A DNA stretch of 64,000 bases from the NCBI GenBank assembly GCA_963833985.1, contig CAWIAD010000001.1:1536001-1600000 (forward strand). The letters are read 5' to 3'. Source of the DNA: an uncultured Planctomycetaceae bacterium (GTDB taxonomy: Bacteria > Planctomycetota > Planctomycetia > Isosphaerales > Isosphaeraceae). The notes under the pieces were generated by a model, which did not search any database, was not told the DNA's origin, and saw only the letters and a list, made by a program, of their open reading frames with translations. Of the stretch, positions 1 through 10,434 are shown piece after piece; positions within the stretch are counted from its first letter, which is position 1, and each line of letters begins with the position of its first letter. The translations under genes were made by a program, and so were the position numbers.

Positions 1-254
1 ACTTTCATCGGGGCGACCATTCTGGGAACGCGCCGCGCGGGGCGGGGACTGTCAGCCGAAGACCACGAAGATCCAACGCGACTCATCACGCAACGCCTTT
101 TCGTATTGTACGGGCTGTTAAGTGGCTATGCCTCAACCTATTCCACCACACCCAGGAGTTTTTCGCCGAACCGACACTCAGTTCCACAAGTTGAAAGTGT
201 AATTGGATGCCCGCGAGCATCCATCTCGGGGCCAGACCGTAGCGATATGGACGC

Positions 255-1876
255 TCAGGGCTGGATATCCCGGCTCAATTCCATCATTGATTTGTGCAAG
301 CGTTGTGCCGAATGAACCACGAACGAGTATTCGCGGCTACGAGCCAGGCGATTCCAGCGTAAATCTTCTATTAGCCGGGACTTGGATTGCTCAAGCGACG
401 CGAGTTTCGGCTTCATGAGAGGCTCCAGAGCCTGGTTCAGACCACGGATTTTCTGGAACCGGCCGATTCGTTCAGCCCGACTGCCGGGTTCTGCGCAATG
501 GCTTCCTGTTTCTCCTTCATCACCTTACGAACCTCCGGCGCCAGTGGTTCGCTCAGATGACGGTCGGGATTGAAGAGCAGATCGCGGATTTCTCGATTGA
601 TGGATGCAAGCTGGCCCGGGCTGGCAGCCTGATCGGGGACGCCCGGCCAGGCCGTGAGCGAGAGTGTGAGGAATTCCGGTGGCTGCACGCCGAAGAACCG
701 GCGGGCGATGATGTCTCCCAGCTCATCGTACTTGGCTCCCCCGATCCCGTGGATGAATAAATCGCCCAGCAAGTAGCGGCAGAACATCGTCGTCGTCAGC
801 GCCCTGGTGCGCAGGCGAATCGAACGGCCGGCAAGCTCGCGCAGCCGCTCCACGGCGCAGCACGCCTCCCGGCCGGGAGTCAGCGGCAGCTCGAGGAACG
901 GTTCATCCTCGCTGGCGATCCGTAGCCACATCGTGCGCGAACCCTGACGCACCAGGAGCGGCCGGCGGCGAGGCTGACCCGCGCGCCAGACCCAGAACGG
1001 CGCTTCCCGCCACTCGCCCTGGGAGGCGAGCGCGGACACGGGATGGTTCTTGCTGCGGATGTGGTAGAGCGACCGGTACTCCGCCAGCGCGTCGTTGTGG
1101 ATTTGCTGGAACCGCGGAAGCTGCGCCAGCAGATGCGAGGCAAACCACAGGAAACCATCGGTTTGACAGACACGACTGAGGGGGATTTCCAGGTTCTGGA
1201 TTCCCCACTCACTTTCCAGTCCGCGTCGCGCCAGGGCCGTCCGCAGCCCCAGGGGCAGGTTCCTGTCCTGGCGCAGGACGCGGGGCCAGAACCCGGCGAT
1301 GATCGGATCGGCGATGAGTCCGTCCAGAGCCCGCTGGACACGGACGCCAAAAGTCGCAAAATGCGCCTCATCATGGACGGCGAGGTCCTCATAGGGCATC
1401 TCGCCTTCCCAGTGATCAAAGTCGATTCGCGAGGCGTGCAAACGGCCTTGCTGCATGGTGGGAACCCGAATGGACGCCGACTTGGGAAGGTCGTTGTCAA
1501 CGATCAGGTTCAGGCCCATGCCGCCGTGGGCCCTGGCAATGGCAGCCGTGGCGAAGTTCTTGACCCAGACACCGGGGTGGAACAGCTCGGGCTGGTGACC
1601 CGTCACCACCAGCGGCGTGACGACTTGGTCGCCTGCGCAGGGAGCCTCTCCCGGAACATCCAGGCCATGGCCCCGGAGAAACTCACAGGCCGCGACCATG
1701 ACCTCATGGTGGACCATCGGGCGCAGCAAGCTCGCCCGGCGGCCCTGGAAATCATGATCCCAGCCGCTCAGCATGGCGGCACTGCGTGTGAAGAGGGCGC
1801 GGACCTCGGCAAGAGGCGGCACCGCCAGCAGGCCGCCATCGTGTGAGGGAGCCCGCAGGCGATGCCCAGTCTTCAT
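255..1876 (-). CDS. BshC-like Rossmann-fold hypothetical protein (one frameshift near 487)
   Basis: ATG at 1876 overlaps the GT2 stop (ATGA). Motifs VVTGHQPELFHPGVW, IVDND and FIHGIGGAKYDE. The listed ORF stops at 437, but a shifted frame continues SRAERIGRFQKIRGLNQALEP...SREYSFVVH...DIQP to a TGA at 255-257. Confidence 0.75.
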
Positions 1877-2592
1877 CCCCGACATCCTCCGGCGACTTCG
1901 AGCCCCGCCCTGGCCAGCGCGTCCTGGAGAACCTTCTTGTAGTGCTTCAGCCGGAACGACGAGTCGTCCAGTGCACCGCCGAAGGCACGTGACTCGTCCA
2001 GATAGATGAGCGGTACCGGAACCTCGAGGATCGACAGGCCGTGCCGGACCGCCTGCACCCACACCTCCAGCGGCATGGCGTAGCCGAGGTCCGTGATCTC
2101 GAAGACCTCGAGGGCGGCCCTGCGATACGCCTTGAAGCCGCAGAACGCGTCGGTGAGATTGAGATTCAGGCATTCGTTCAGCCAGCGGGTCACCTCGATG
2201 TTAATGCGGCGCCGGTCCTCCGGCGGTTGCTGGGCCGCGTCAAAGACACGCAGGTACCGGCTTCCCGAAACGATGTCGGCCTCGGCCAGCCGCTCGGCCA
2301 GGTGGGGAATGAGGGCGGGTTCGTGCTGACCGTCGCAGTCCAGCGTGACCAGTCCATCATAGCCGCCCTCGACGGCGAAACGGAACGCCGTACGCAAACC
2401 TGCGCCATAGCCCAGGTTGCGGGGGTGGCGGATGACCCGGACGCCGCCGATCCCGCGCAGCAGATCGGGCGTTCGGTCAGTTGAGCCGTCATCCACAACA
2501 AGGATCTCGCTGGCATAGCGCTTGACCTCGCGGAGCACGCCGTCGAGATACTTTTCCTCATTGTGAACCGGGATGGCGGTGAGAATTTTCAT
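1873..2592 (-). CDS. Glycosyltransferase family 2, DPM1-like (polyprenol-phosphate glycosyltransferase type)
   Basis: IPVHNEE, VVDDGSTD, NLGYGAGL, DxD motif LDCDGQH, VSGSRY and TDAFCGFKAYR. Confidence 0.92.
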   Translation of the reverse strand: MKILTAIPVHNEEKYLDGVLREVKRYASEILVVDDGSTDRTPDLLRGIGGVRVIRHPRNLGYGAGLRTAFRFAVEGGYDGLVTLDCDGQHEPALIPHLAERLAEADIVSGSRYLRVFDAAQQPPEDRRRINIEVTRWLNECLNLNLTDAFCGFKAYRRAALEVFEITDLGYAMPLEVWVQAVRHGLSILEVPVPLIYLDESRAFGGALDDSSFRLKHYKKVLQDALARAGLEVAGGCRG

Positions 2593-3015
2593 GGCTCTGG
2601 TGCGCGGTTCGGTGGACGTACTTCCTGTGGGCGATGGATGGTCCGCGAGGCCGTATTCACACGACCTACGCATTCTAGGTGGAGCGCCTGGGAAGTCAAC
2701 GAGGGGGGCACTCCGGAAACATGGTTGCTTGCATGGACCTCGCGGTGAGTCGCTGATGCGGGACCGGACACATGGGCCGGCGCTTGTACTCTGGAGCCTG
2801 TGGCGGCAAATGCGGCGTGGCCGGGCTTGATCATCGCCATGAACCGGAGCATCAGGGCCCGCACCGGCCGTTCGCGGCCCCTGGGGGCACCGCCGAGACC
2901 CCTTGACCGGACTGCTTACCGGCCCCTAGCATAAAGATTCCATTCCGGCTTCACCGCGATTGACGGTCGAAGCGCAATACATGCTGTCTTGATTATAACA
3001 ATCGGCTTGACACAG

Positions 3016-6000
3016 ATGACTCAACCTGAAGAAACCGCGCCAGTTCCGGACGATGAAGCCCGTCGCAGTCGCGCTGCTGCCGATGCGGCAACGGCAACGG
3101 CGATCACGGGTGCCGAAGCCAGCCCGCAGGCCGAGACGGAGCCCGAGCCCGAGCCCGAACCATGGACCCCGGAGCGGGTGAGCGAATGGAATGCCTATTA
3201 TGACATCTACGTGATGCTCGCCGTGCTGCTGCTGGCTTTCGTGGTCTCGGCAGTACGCGTGGACGAGAACAATCCGCTGCTCTGGTCGCACCTGAAGACT
3301 GGCGAGCTCACGGCGCAGCAAGGTTCTCCGGTTGTCACCGATTCATTCTCCTATTCCGAGACCGGGGCGCGGTGGGTGAACATTCCCTGGCTCTTTCAGT
3401 GGTCGCACGCAACCATCTTTCGCCTGGTGCGCGACCTGATCCCCTCCGATCAGAACGATCCCACGGCCAACCTGGCCTCCGCGGAGCAACTGGCGGTCGG
3501 TGTGCTGATCGGCCTGAACGCGCTGGTGCGGCTGCTGACGGCTCTGATGCTGATGAAGATCCGCCGCCCCGGCCCGGGATTGTGGTGGTCGGCCGTGTGC
3601 GTTGCGGTGGCCTTGGGCGCGGTCCTGGGGCCTGCCGGCGTGCTGCCGGGCGGAGTCGCCGGGCCGGGCATCGTGGCTCCATCCACCTGGGGAATTCTCT
3701 TTCTGGCCGTCGAGATGTTGCTTCTGCACCGCGCCCACAACGAGAACCGCCGTATCTCGCAACAGGCACTTATTCCGCTGTTCCTGGTGTGGGCCAACCT
3801 GGACGAATCGTTCTTCGCGGGGCTTCTGGTCCTGGCGGCCGCCGTGGTGGGCCGGCTCCTCGACCGCAACACGGCGCTGGGCGCGGTCGTTCCATCGCCG
3901 GCGAGCCCGGCGGCCAACGGTCGAACGACTGACGATGAGAAAGCGATAGCCCGGATACGGCCGGTGACTGCGGCTTCCGGTCTGATCGTGCTGACACTGT
4001 GCGTGGCAGTCTGCTTGATCAACCCATCCTGGCACCGCGTCTTCTCGACCGCGCTCTCGCCGTTCGTCTCGCTCTTCTCCAGCAAGGGCGAACTGCACTT
4101 CAGCGAAATCTCTTACTTCGGCAAGCAGATCCAGAAGCAATTCCCCAACGACTGGTACTACTTCACCATCTTTTACGTGCTGCTGGTGGCGTTCGGCCTC
4201 AGCTCATTCTTGCTGAACGCGCGCCGGTTCACCTGGAGCCGTTTCCTGCCATTCGCGCTCATGGCGATTCTGTGGGCGATCTTCATGGGATTCCGGCAGG
4301 AGTATGCGGTGGTGTTTGCCGCGGTCACCGCCCTCAACGGGCAGGAATGGTATCACGACCGGTTTGGCACCCAGGGCCGGCTTGGCTTCTGGCCGACGCT
4401 CTGGTCCACGGGCGGCCGGCTGGTCACACTGGGGATCCTCTTCTTCTGCGTGAGCGTGGCGATCACGGGGTACGGGCGGCTACCCGACGAGCCCCGCTTT
4501 GGTTTCTCGTACAATCCGAACGATTTTGCCTTCGAGGCCGCCGAGTACCTGGCCCGGCAGCAGGACATCCGTGGCAACATCCTGAACACGACCTCGGCCC
4601 AGGGCGACGCGATCATCTGGAAGGCCTACCCGGCGCGGCGCACGTTCGTGGACGGCCGCACGGTGTTCAGCGACGAAACACGCGAGGAGCTGCGGCGCAT
4701 GCGGGTCGCCATCCGGGACGACGCCGTGGCTGAATGGAAGCCGATGCTCGACCGCTACGACATCAGCGCCGTGATGCTTGATCTGTCGAGCGTGAGCGGG
4801 GCCGTGGAAACCTACAAGCGGTTGACTGGAAGCCCGAACTGGATTCCGTTCTACGACGACGGCCGGGTGGTCATGTTCGGCCGGGCCGACGCCCATGAGC
4901 CGGACCTGGCCACCTTCAAGACCAACCGGCTCGTGCCCGAGCTGCGGGCCTATCGAGTGCCTCAGACCATTCCCGCTGCCGATCGTCCCCCCACGCCGAC
5001 GTCCTGGATCGACGACATCTTTCAGAACCGCCTGGCGGTCCGGCCCCAGCCCCACACCAACGCGGCAATCCGCTGGCTGCAAGGCGGGAACCTGGAAGGC
5101 GAGCAGCCCACGCTGCCGGACCCCGCGCGTTGCCTGCTCGCGATCCGCGAGGCGCGCACCGCGCTTGCCAGGAACCCGGACGACTGGATGGCCTACCGCC
5201 TGCTCGATGCCGCTTACCGCTTCCTGTCGCAGTCGGAAACCGCCATCCTCGCCGGCATTCCGCTGGACAGGCAGAACCAGGCCCGGATCGCGGCGCTGTC
5301 GCCCAACATCGACCTGCTCTCGATGCGTTTCAAGCAGCGTGTCGCCGCGCTCAGTTACGCCATTCTCACGACTCCTCCACCCAAGACCCCGGAAGCCCGG
5401 CGCGATGCTCCAGGGCCTGAACATGGAGCTCTTCCAGCAGTTTTACCGGGCCGGGTATCTCGACCTGGCGCGGGACCGGCTACAGTTGTTCGTCGACCAG
5501 ATCCAGCCGGGTGACTTTGCCACTGCCGAGACCGAATCGCAGTACCGGCAGCAGCTCGAACAGCTCAACGAGCGGGTCAAGCAGGTGGAAGAGAAGCTCA
5601 TGGACCTGCAAGTCGAGCGCCAGGCCGGTCCCATCGAGAAGGCGATGGCCGCGCGTTCTCAGGGTGCTCCGGGGCTGGCGATCGGCGAGCTCGAGGAGGC
5701 GAACCGTGGCAACATGAGCCCCATGGTCGTCAGGCCGCAGCTTCTGGACCTGTATTGCCAGACCGGACAGCCGGACCGGGCGTACGAGCTGATGTCGATG
5801 ACGGCCAGCGAGGACCCCAACCTGGGGACCGAGCCGGGGACGTCGTTCATGAGGCAAGGCGAGGTCTACTTCCTGATGGGCAACTACGCCACCGCGGCCT
5901 CGCTCTGGCAAGAGCGCGCCATTCCACGAGTGCGGTACGACCGTACCCTGCGTGCTTTGACGCTGGGCCAGCTACTGACTCGTGGCGAGCTCACCCAGAC

Positions 6001-6364
6001 AGTCAACATCAACCTGGTGTTGCCCACGCTGCTGAACCGCCAGGCGTTCTGGGAGTTCGACCTTGCCCTGTGCCACCTGGAGTCAGGCGCTCCGGATAAG
6101 GCCGCGGAGTACTTCACACACGCCTTGAAGATTGTTCCGGATCTCGGCCTCAGGCCTTTGATCGCGTACTACCTCGAGAAACTCGGTAAGCCGGTACCCG
6201 CGCTGCCAAAGTCGAAAGCCGAGTCGGCCGGGGGACGGCCCGCCGGGCGCATCGAATCCCTGATGCCGGGCATCGTGCCGGAGCCGGCGGTGACGGCGCC
6301 CGCGACGACACCACCGACGAAGCCCGGCCCCGACGCTCCGGCAGAGTCGAAGAAAAAGCCCTGA
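3016..6364 (+). CDS. Large polytopic membrane protein, GT-C-like N-terminus plus C-terminal TPR region (one frameshift near 5407)
   Basis: ORF 2989-5514 has many TM helices and WSHLKTG...DSFSY...WVNIPWLF. It joins ORF 4895-6364 at RRD/LQGLNMELF, which has TPR-like helices (GEVYFLMGNYATA, LALCHLESGAPDKAAEYF) and a Pro-rich tail. Confidence 0.8.
3139..3162 (+). repeat. (GAGCCC)3 hexamer repeat encoding an EPEPEPEP linker
   Basis: gagcccgagcccgagcccgaacca read directly; in frame. Confidence 0.8.
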
Positions 6365-6471
6365 GATCCGGGATTCACGGCAAGCGATACGTGGTGCAAG
6401 GCCGCAAGCCTGCAATCCAGGAATGGCTCCCCAGCAGAAGCCTCGCTCGCCTCGGGCGCCGCGATTCCGCC

Positions 6472-7176
6472 TCAGGGGGTGATGAGCACCACATTGTCAA
6501 CCTGGCAGACCACGTCCTGGAAGTCATCATTCGTCGAGTACTCCCAGCCGATCAGGTAGCTGTTGGGGATGATCTTGCCTGTCGCCTTGTCACGATTCGG
6601 ATAGATCATGGCCTTGTACGGCTGCCGCGCCAGTCGCTTGTTGACGCGGGCCACCAGTGCAGGCTCGGTAAAGACGCCACCATCCCGAAAATCGTCGTTC
6701 GAGACCCAGAGCCCAAACGGGGCATCGCCAGGCTCAAAGCGAGTCTGAGCCCCGGCCTCCAGGGGCGGAGGCAGGTGGTTGCCCGTCTTCAGATCGTCGG
6801 CGGTGTTCTTGTAGGTATAAGTCCAGATCTCCGTTTTCCTGGGCTCGCCGCCGTCCCGGGAAGGGACGTACCAGCCGCCGCGATTCCTGGTCGTCAGCCC
6901 GAGCGCGATCACAGGCACGTAGACGACCGGCCCTGGGCCGGCCTTCCGGAACAGGCCCGGTGTCGCCGCGGGAGTCGCGGTCACGGGATTGCACAGATCG
7001 CCAAAAAGCGAGAGTCCGTAGCGTTCAGCGAGGATGACCTTCCAGTCGGGCTCGTCGGGCCCGGGGCTGATCCTGGGCTGTTGGGATGTCTGGGCTGACG
7101 CTTCGCCGGGCACCAGGCCGGCGAGTATGGTCAAGCCACAAGCGAGCAGGCACCATCGTCGATCGGGCGCTGGCAT
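6472..7176 (-). CDS. Secreted protein with DUF4114-like C-terminus
   Basis: Signal peptide ending ASA-Q; C-terminal IGWEYSTNDDFQDVV resembles the GxED..DxDxxD motif. Confidence 0.7.
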   Translation of the reverse strand: MPAPDRRWCLLACGLTILAGLVPGEASAQTSQQPRISPGPDEPDWKVILAERYGLSLFGDLCNPVTATPAATPGLFRKAGPGPVVYVPVIALGLTTRNRGGWYVPSRDGGEPRKTEIWTYTYKNTADDLKTGNHLPPPLEAGAQTRFEPGDAPFGLWVSNDDFRDGGVFTEPALVARVNKRLARQPYKAMIYPNRDKATGKIIPNSYLIGWEYSTNDDFQDVVCQVDNVVLITP

Positions 7177-7272
7177 GGCGATTCTCCCTGAGCCGTGACG
7201 GGGACCGCTGCGTGAGTTCGAGGGACGATTCTCCCTCTCACCCTACCACGATCCTGTACCCCGAGGCGGCAT

Positions 7273-10200
7273 TCAAGACGCCAGGCCGGAGGGATGATTC
7301 CCGGCCTCCGTGGTGAGCCGGGCACGGGGACGGAGACCGCTCAGAACCGCGAGGAGCACGGCGGCCACGAGACCGCCCATGGTGATTCGCCAGCCGAGTC
7401 GAAACGAGCCCGGGTCGTAGCGGAAGACAAGCGTATGCCGGCCCGCTTCCACGGCGGCACCGCGCATCACCCGGTTGACCTTGTAAATCGGCGCGGGCTT
7501 GCCGTCGATCGACAGCTTCCAGCCGGGATAGTAAGTGTCGGCAAGCACGACCATCCCCGGCGATTCCAGCCGTGCCTTCAGCACCGCCTGCCGCGGTGTG
7601 GGGTAGCTGACCTGGACGGTCTCGGTCGGCAGCGGAGGCTTGCCGCTGAGGAACTGGCGCAAGTTCAGCCGGTCCTCGGAATCGATCCAGGCCAGCCTCC
7701 GCGGGTCGAAGACCGAGAGCGCGCTATCGTGCCAGATCGGGTCGTCGTCGTAGAGGATCTCCTGCATGGGCCCACCTTGCTGAAGCTTCGTCAGCTCGTC
7801 CAGCCGGGGGAGCGGCCGCGAGTCGTGCACCACCCAGGCGCGCGGATAGGCCTTGCGATTGCGGCGGATCTGATAGTCCGACGTTTCGACCCATGCCTTC
7901 ATTTCCTGCTCCCGCGCCTCCTGGAAGAGCTCGGGAGACGGGTAGACGAGCTCGGTCTCGTGCAGGAACGCGGCATAGCCGCGGTTCTCGTCCTGCCAGC
8001 CGTTGGGATAGACCGGTAGAACGAAGTAACGCGTGGTCCACATGTCGAACGATCGCCGCGGAAAATAGACCACTTGCTGGCCCGGGGTGGCCTTGAGCGC
8101 CTGGGCCACCTGATCGCGCAGCGTGAAGCGGAAGCCCGAGAAGAGCCATTCGTAATCGAAGAGTTCCGCCACTCCCAGCGTGTGCGTGTAGGCCAAGCCT
8201 TCCGTGATGCCGTACTTTGGCTGAAGCGTCGCGCGTTCCCAGGCCACAAAGTCGCGCACGGGATCTCGCGATGCGGTGCTGAACCAGGACGGCGGGTTCC
8301 AGAGCGGCATCCGGTGAACGCGGAAGGGACCGGGTGCAGGTTGCTGGAGCTCGGCGTCACGGATGTTCCGCAGCACGGCCGGTTCGTCTTCGAACAGGGA
8401 TTGCGGCACCGTCAGGACGTACCGCGCATTCGCGACGGCAAGGTCGGTGCTCACGGCCACAATCGTCAAAAGGCCGGCCAGGAACGGGCGTTTTGAGCCC
8501 ACGACAAGGACGACCAGGGCAACTGCCAGCACTGCCGCGCCGTGGGTCAGGGCCCGCGCCAGCTCGAAAAACCCAGCCTCCGGGTCAAGTGGCCCGAAGC
8601 TGGATGCGATTTTCTTGACCGACATCGCTTCGATGATCGACTGGTGATGCCAGAACACGGCGGCGAGGATCCCGAGCGAGAGCAGTAACAGGATGGCAGC
8701 CAGCGCGGTGATGCCGCGATGTCGCCGCACGCGGAGCGAATCGCAGCCGATCCCCGCCAGGGCGGCCAGGCCAAAGGTCGTGAATGTGAACAGCTTGGCG
8801 GGGTAGCGGAACTGGCGGAAGCCGGGCAGGACCGTGGTGAGCCACCAGTAGACGCTGCCATCGCCGTCGCGCAGATAGCCGTCCTGGCGAATGGGCGTGG
8901 GATCGGTGATCTCCAGCGGGCCGAGGTCCGGCAACGAAACGCCGCGGGCCTGTGCCGCCATCCGCGTGGCCCAGATCGGGCTGGTGTATTGCCCCAGGCT
9001 GCCCACCAGGCTGATGGCCACGATGCCCGATAGCCAGACCTGGCGCGCTGGACCACGGCGGAAGCGCAGAGATGATGCGGCGAAGAGCAGGGCCAGGCCG
9101 CCGATGTAGAGCGAAGGCACCCAGATCGTCTGTCTCATTCCCGGGATCTGGGCCACGTCCACCCAGTACGAATTCCGACCGAAGCTGAGGCCGAAGACGC
9201 TGGGCCAGATGAGCTCGGCCAGCCGTTGCGGCTCGATGCTGAATGGGTAGATGTTATGCGGCCCATCGCCGGCGGCCCGCGAGGTGAGCTGGGTGAACTC
9301 GAGCACCGGGAGCAACTGAGCCGCGGCCAGAGCCGACGCCAGCACGGCCGACCCCAGCAGCCCGAGTATGGTCCATCCCAGGCGAGCCTGCCAGCGCCTT
9401 CTGCGCCAGCGTTCCAGCAGCACCAGCCCCAGAAGACACCAGGCCGCCAGCACGACCCGGGGCGCGTACACCATCCAGGGCAGCGCGGGCGCCGGCTTCC
9501 CGGGGGGCCGGTACCTGGGAAGCAACTCGGCCAGGAAAACGGTGCCGGCGGCCCATGCGGCCAGTCCCAGCACGACCGCGGCCCATAGCCTCCAGGAAAA
9601 CCTGCTTCGGTCCGGCTGGGCGCGCATCGCGTGGTCGATGTTCGCAGCCGCTGGTCTGCGCCGGCCATGGGCGAGCAATGCATAGCCGCACCCGCAGAGG
9701 CCCAGCAGGTAGGCCGCCTGAGGGTCACCGCCCAGGGTTTGCATGGCCAGCACGATGGCCAGAAGCAGCAGTGCCGGCCGGCTTCCCGTGCGCACCCAGC
9801 GGTCGATGGCCAGGAACCCGAGCGGCAGCCAGGCCGCACCGACAAGGTAAATGATATTGCAGTACTGGAAGAGGATCGGCACGCCGAACGTGTAGGTGAG
9901 TGCAGCAACCCCCGCGCCCGGCCAGCTTACCTGCCAGGACCGGAGTGCCAGGAGCATTGCCGCGAACCCCAGGGCCACGTGCGCCAGGATGTAGATGCGA
10001 GCGGCCCAGGCGTAGGGAAGGACCGCGTAGATCAGCTTGCCCGGATAGAGCACGGCCGCCGTCGGGTTTCCCAGGAGCGGCATGCCGCCATTCTCCTCGG
10101 GTTCCCAGAGCGGCCAGCGGCCTTGCTGCCACTCGGTCTGCACACGCTGGTAGAGCGGGTAGTAAAAGTGGCCCGCATCACGGTAGCCGAACTGGCCGCC

Positions 10201-10290
10201 TCCCCAGAGCGCCGCGCCGAAGCAAATGAGAAACAGGGCGCAGAACGCAACGGCAACGAAGGCGAGGAATACCCAGCGGTGACGATCCAT
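7273..10290 (-). CDS. YfhO-family (GT-C fold) membrane protein
   Basis: RDAGHFYYP, PLWEPEENGGMPLLGNP..AVLYP, many TM helices, FRYPAK, and C-terminal LADTYYPGWK..IDGK...VNRVMRG. GGGGAG RBS upstream. Confidence 0.88.
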   Translation of the reverse strand: MDRHRWVFLAFVAVAFCALFLICFGAALWGGGQFGYRDAGHFYYPLYQRVQTEWQQGRWPLWEPEENGGMPLLGNPTAAVLYPGKLIYAVLPYAWAARIYILAHVALGFAAMLLALRSWQVSWPGAGVAALTYTFGVPILFQYCNIIYLVGAAWLPLGFLAIDRWVRTGSRPALLLLAIVLAMQTLGGDPQAAYLLGLCGCGYALLAHGRRRPAAANIDHAMRAQPDRSRFSWRLWAAVVLGLAAWAAGTVFLAELLPRYRPPGKPAPALPWMVYAPRVVLAAWCLLGLVLLERWRRRRWQARLGWTILGLLGSAVLASALAAAQLLPVLEFTQLTSRAAGDGPHNIYPFSIEPQRLAELIWPSVFGLSFGRNSYWVDVAQIPGMRQTIWVPSLYIGGLALLFAASSLRFRRGPARQVWLSGIVAISLVGSLGQYTSPIWATRMAAQARGVSLPDLGPLEITDPTPIRQDGYLRDGDGSVYWWLTTVLPGFRQFRYPAKLFTFTTFGLAALAGIGCDSLRVRRHRGITALAAILLLLSLGILAAVFWHHQSIIEAMSVKKIASSFGPLDPEAGFFELARALTHGAAVLAVALVVLVVGSKRPFLAGLLTIVAVSTDLAVANARYVLTVPQSLFEDEPAVLRNIRDAELQQPAPGPFRVHRMPLWNPPSWFSTASRDPVRDFVAWERATLQPKYGITEGLAYTHTLGVAELFDYEWLFSGFRFTLRDQVAQALKATPGQQVVYFPRRSFDMWTTRYFVLPVYPNGWQDENRGYAAFLHETELVYPSPELFQEAREQEMKAWVETSDYQIRRNRKAYPRAWVVHDSRPLPRLDELTKLQQGGPMQEILYDDDPIWHDSALSVFDPRRLAWIDSEDRLNLRQFLSGKPPLPTETVQVSYPTPRQAVLKARLESPGMVVLADTYYPGWKLSIDGKPAPIYKVNRVMRGAAVEAGRHTLVFRYDPGSFRLGWRITMGGLVAAVLLAVLSGLRPRARLTTEAGNHPSGLAS

Positions 10291-10303
10291 GAATCTCCCC
10301 GGT

Positions 10304-10325
10304 GGAGCGGAGCGGAGCGGAGCGG
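10304..10325. repeat. (GGAGC)4 pentanucleotide tandem repeat just upstream of the YfhO-like gene
   Basis: ggagcggagcggagcggagcgg read directly, 14 nt from the ATG at 10290. Confidence 0.8.
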
Positions 10326-10434
10326 TTGCGCGACTGCGCGGAAAGGGCCCGATGATCGGTCATAATCATCGGGCCGCTCTCATGTCCAGGCGGATTCCGC
10401 GAGACGAACGTCCCCGGAGCCGTGGCGACGCCGC

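Noticed and set aside
1..20. Possible start of a minus-strand gene (MVAPMK...) running off the left edge
   Set aside because: Only about 6 codons are visible, too few to support a call.
110..200. TTCCAC-containing motifs resembling DnaA boxes
   Set aside because: No exact TTATCCACA match, no box cluster and no origin-associated genes.
1877..2173. N-terminal extension of the 578-aa ORF
   Set aside because: It overlaps the GT2 gene out of frame; the ATGA-coupled start at 1876 is more plausible.
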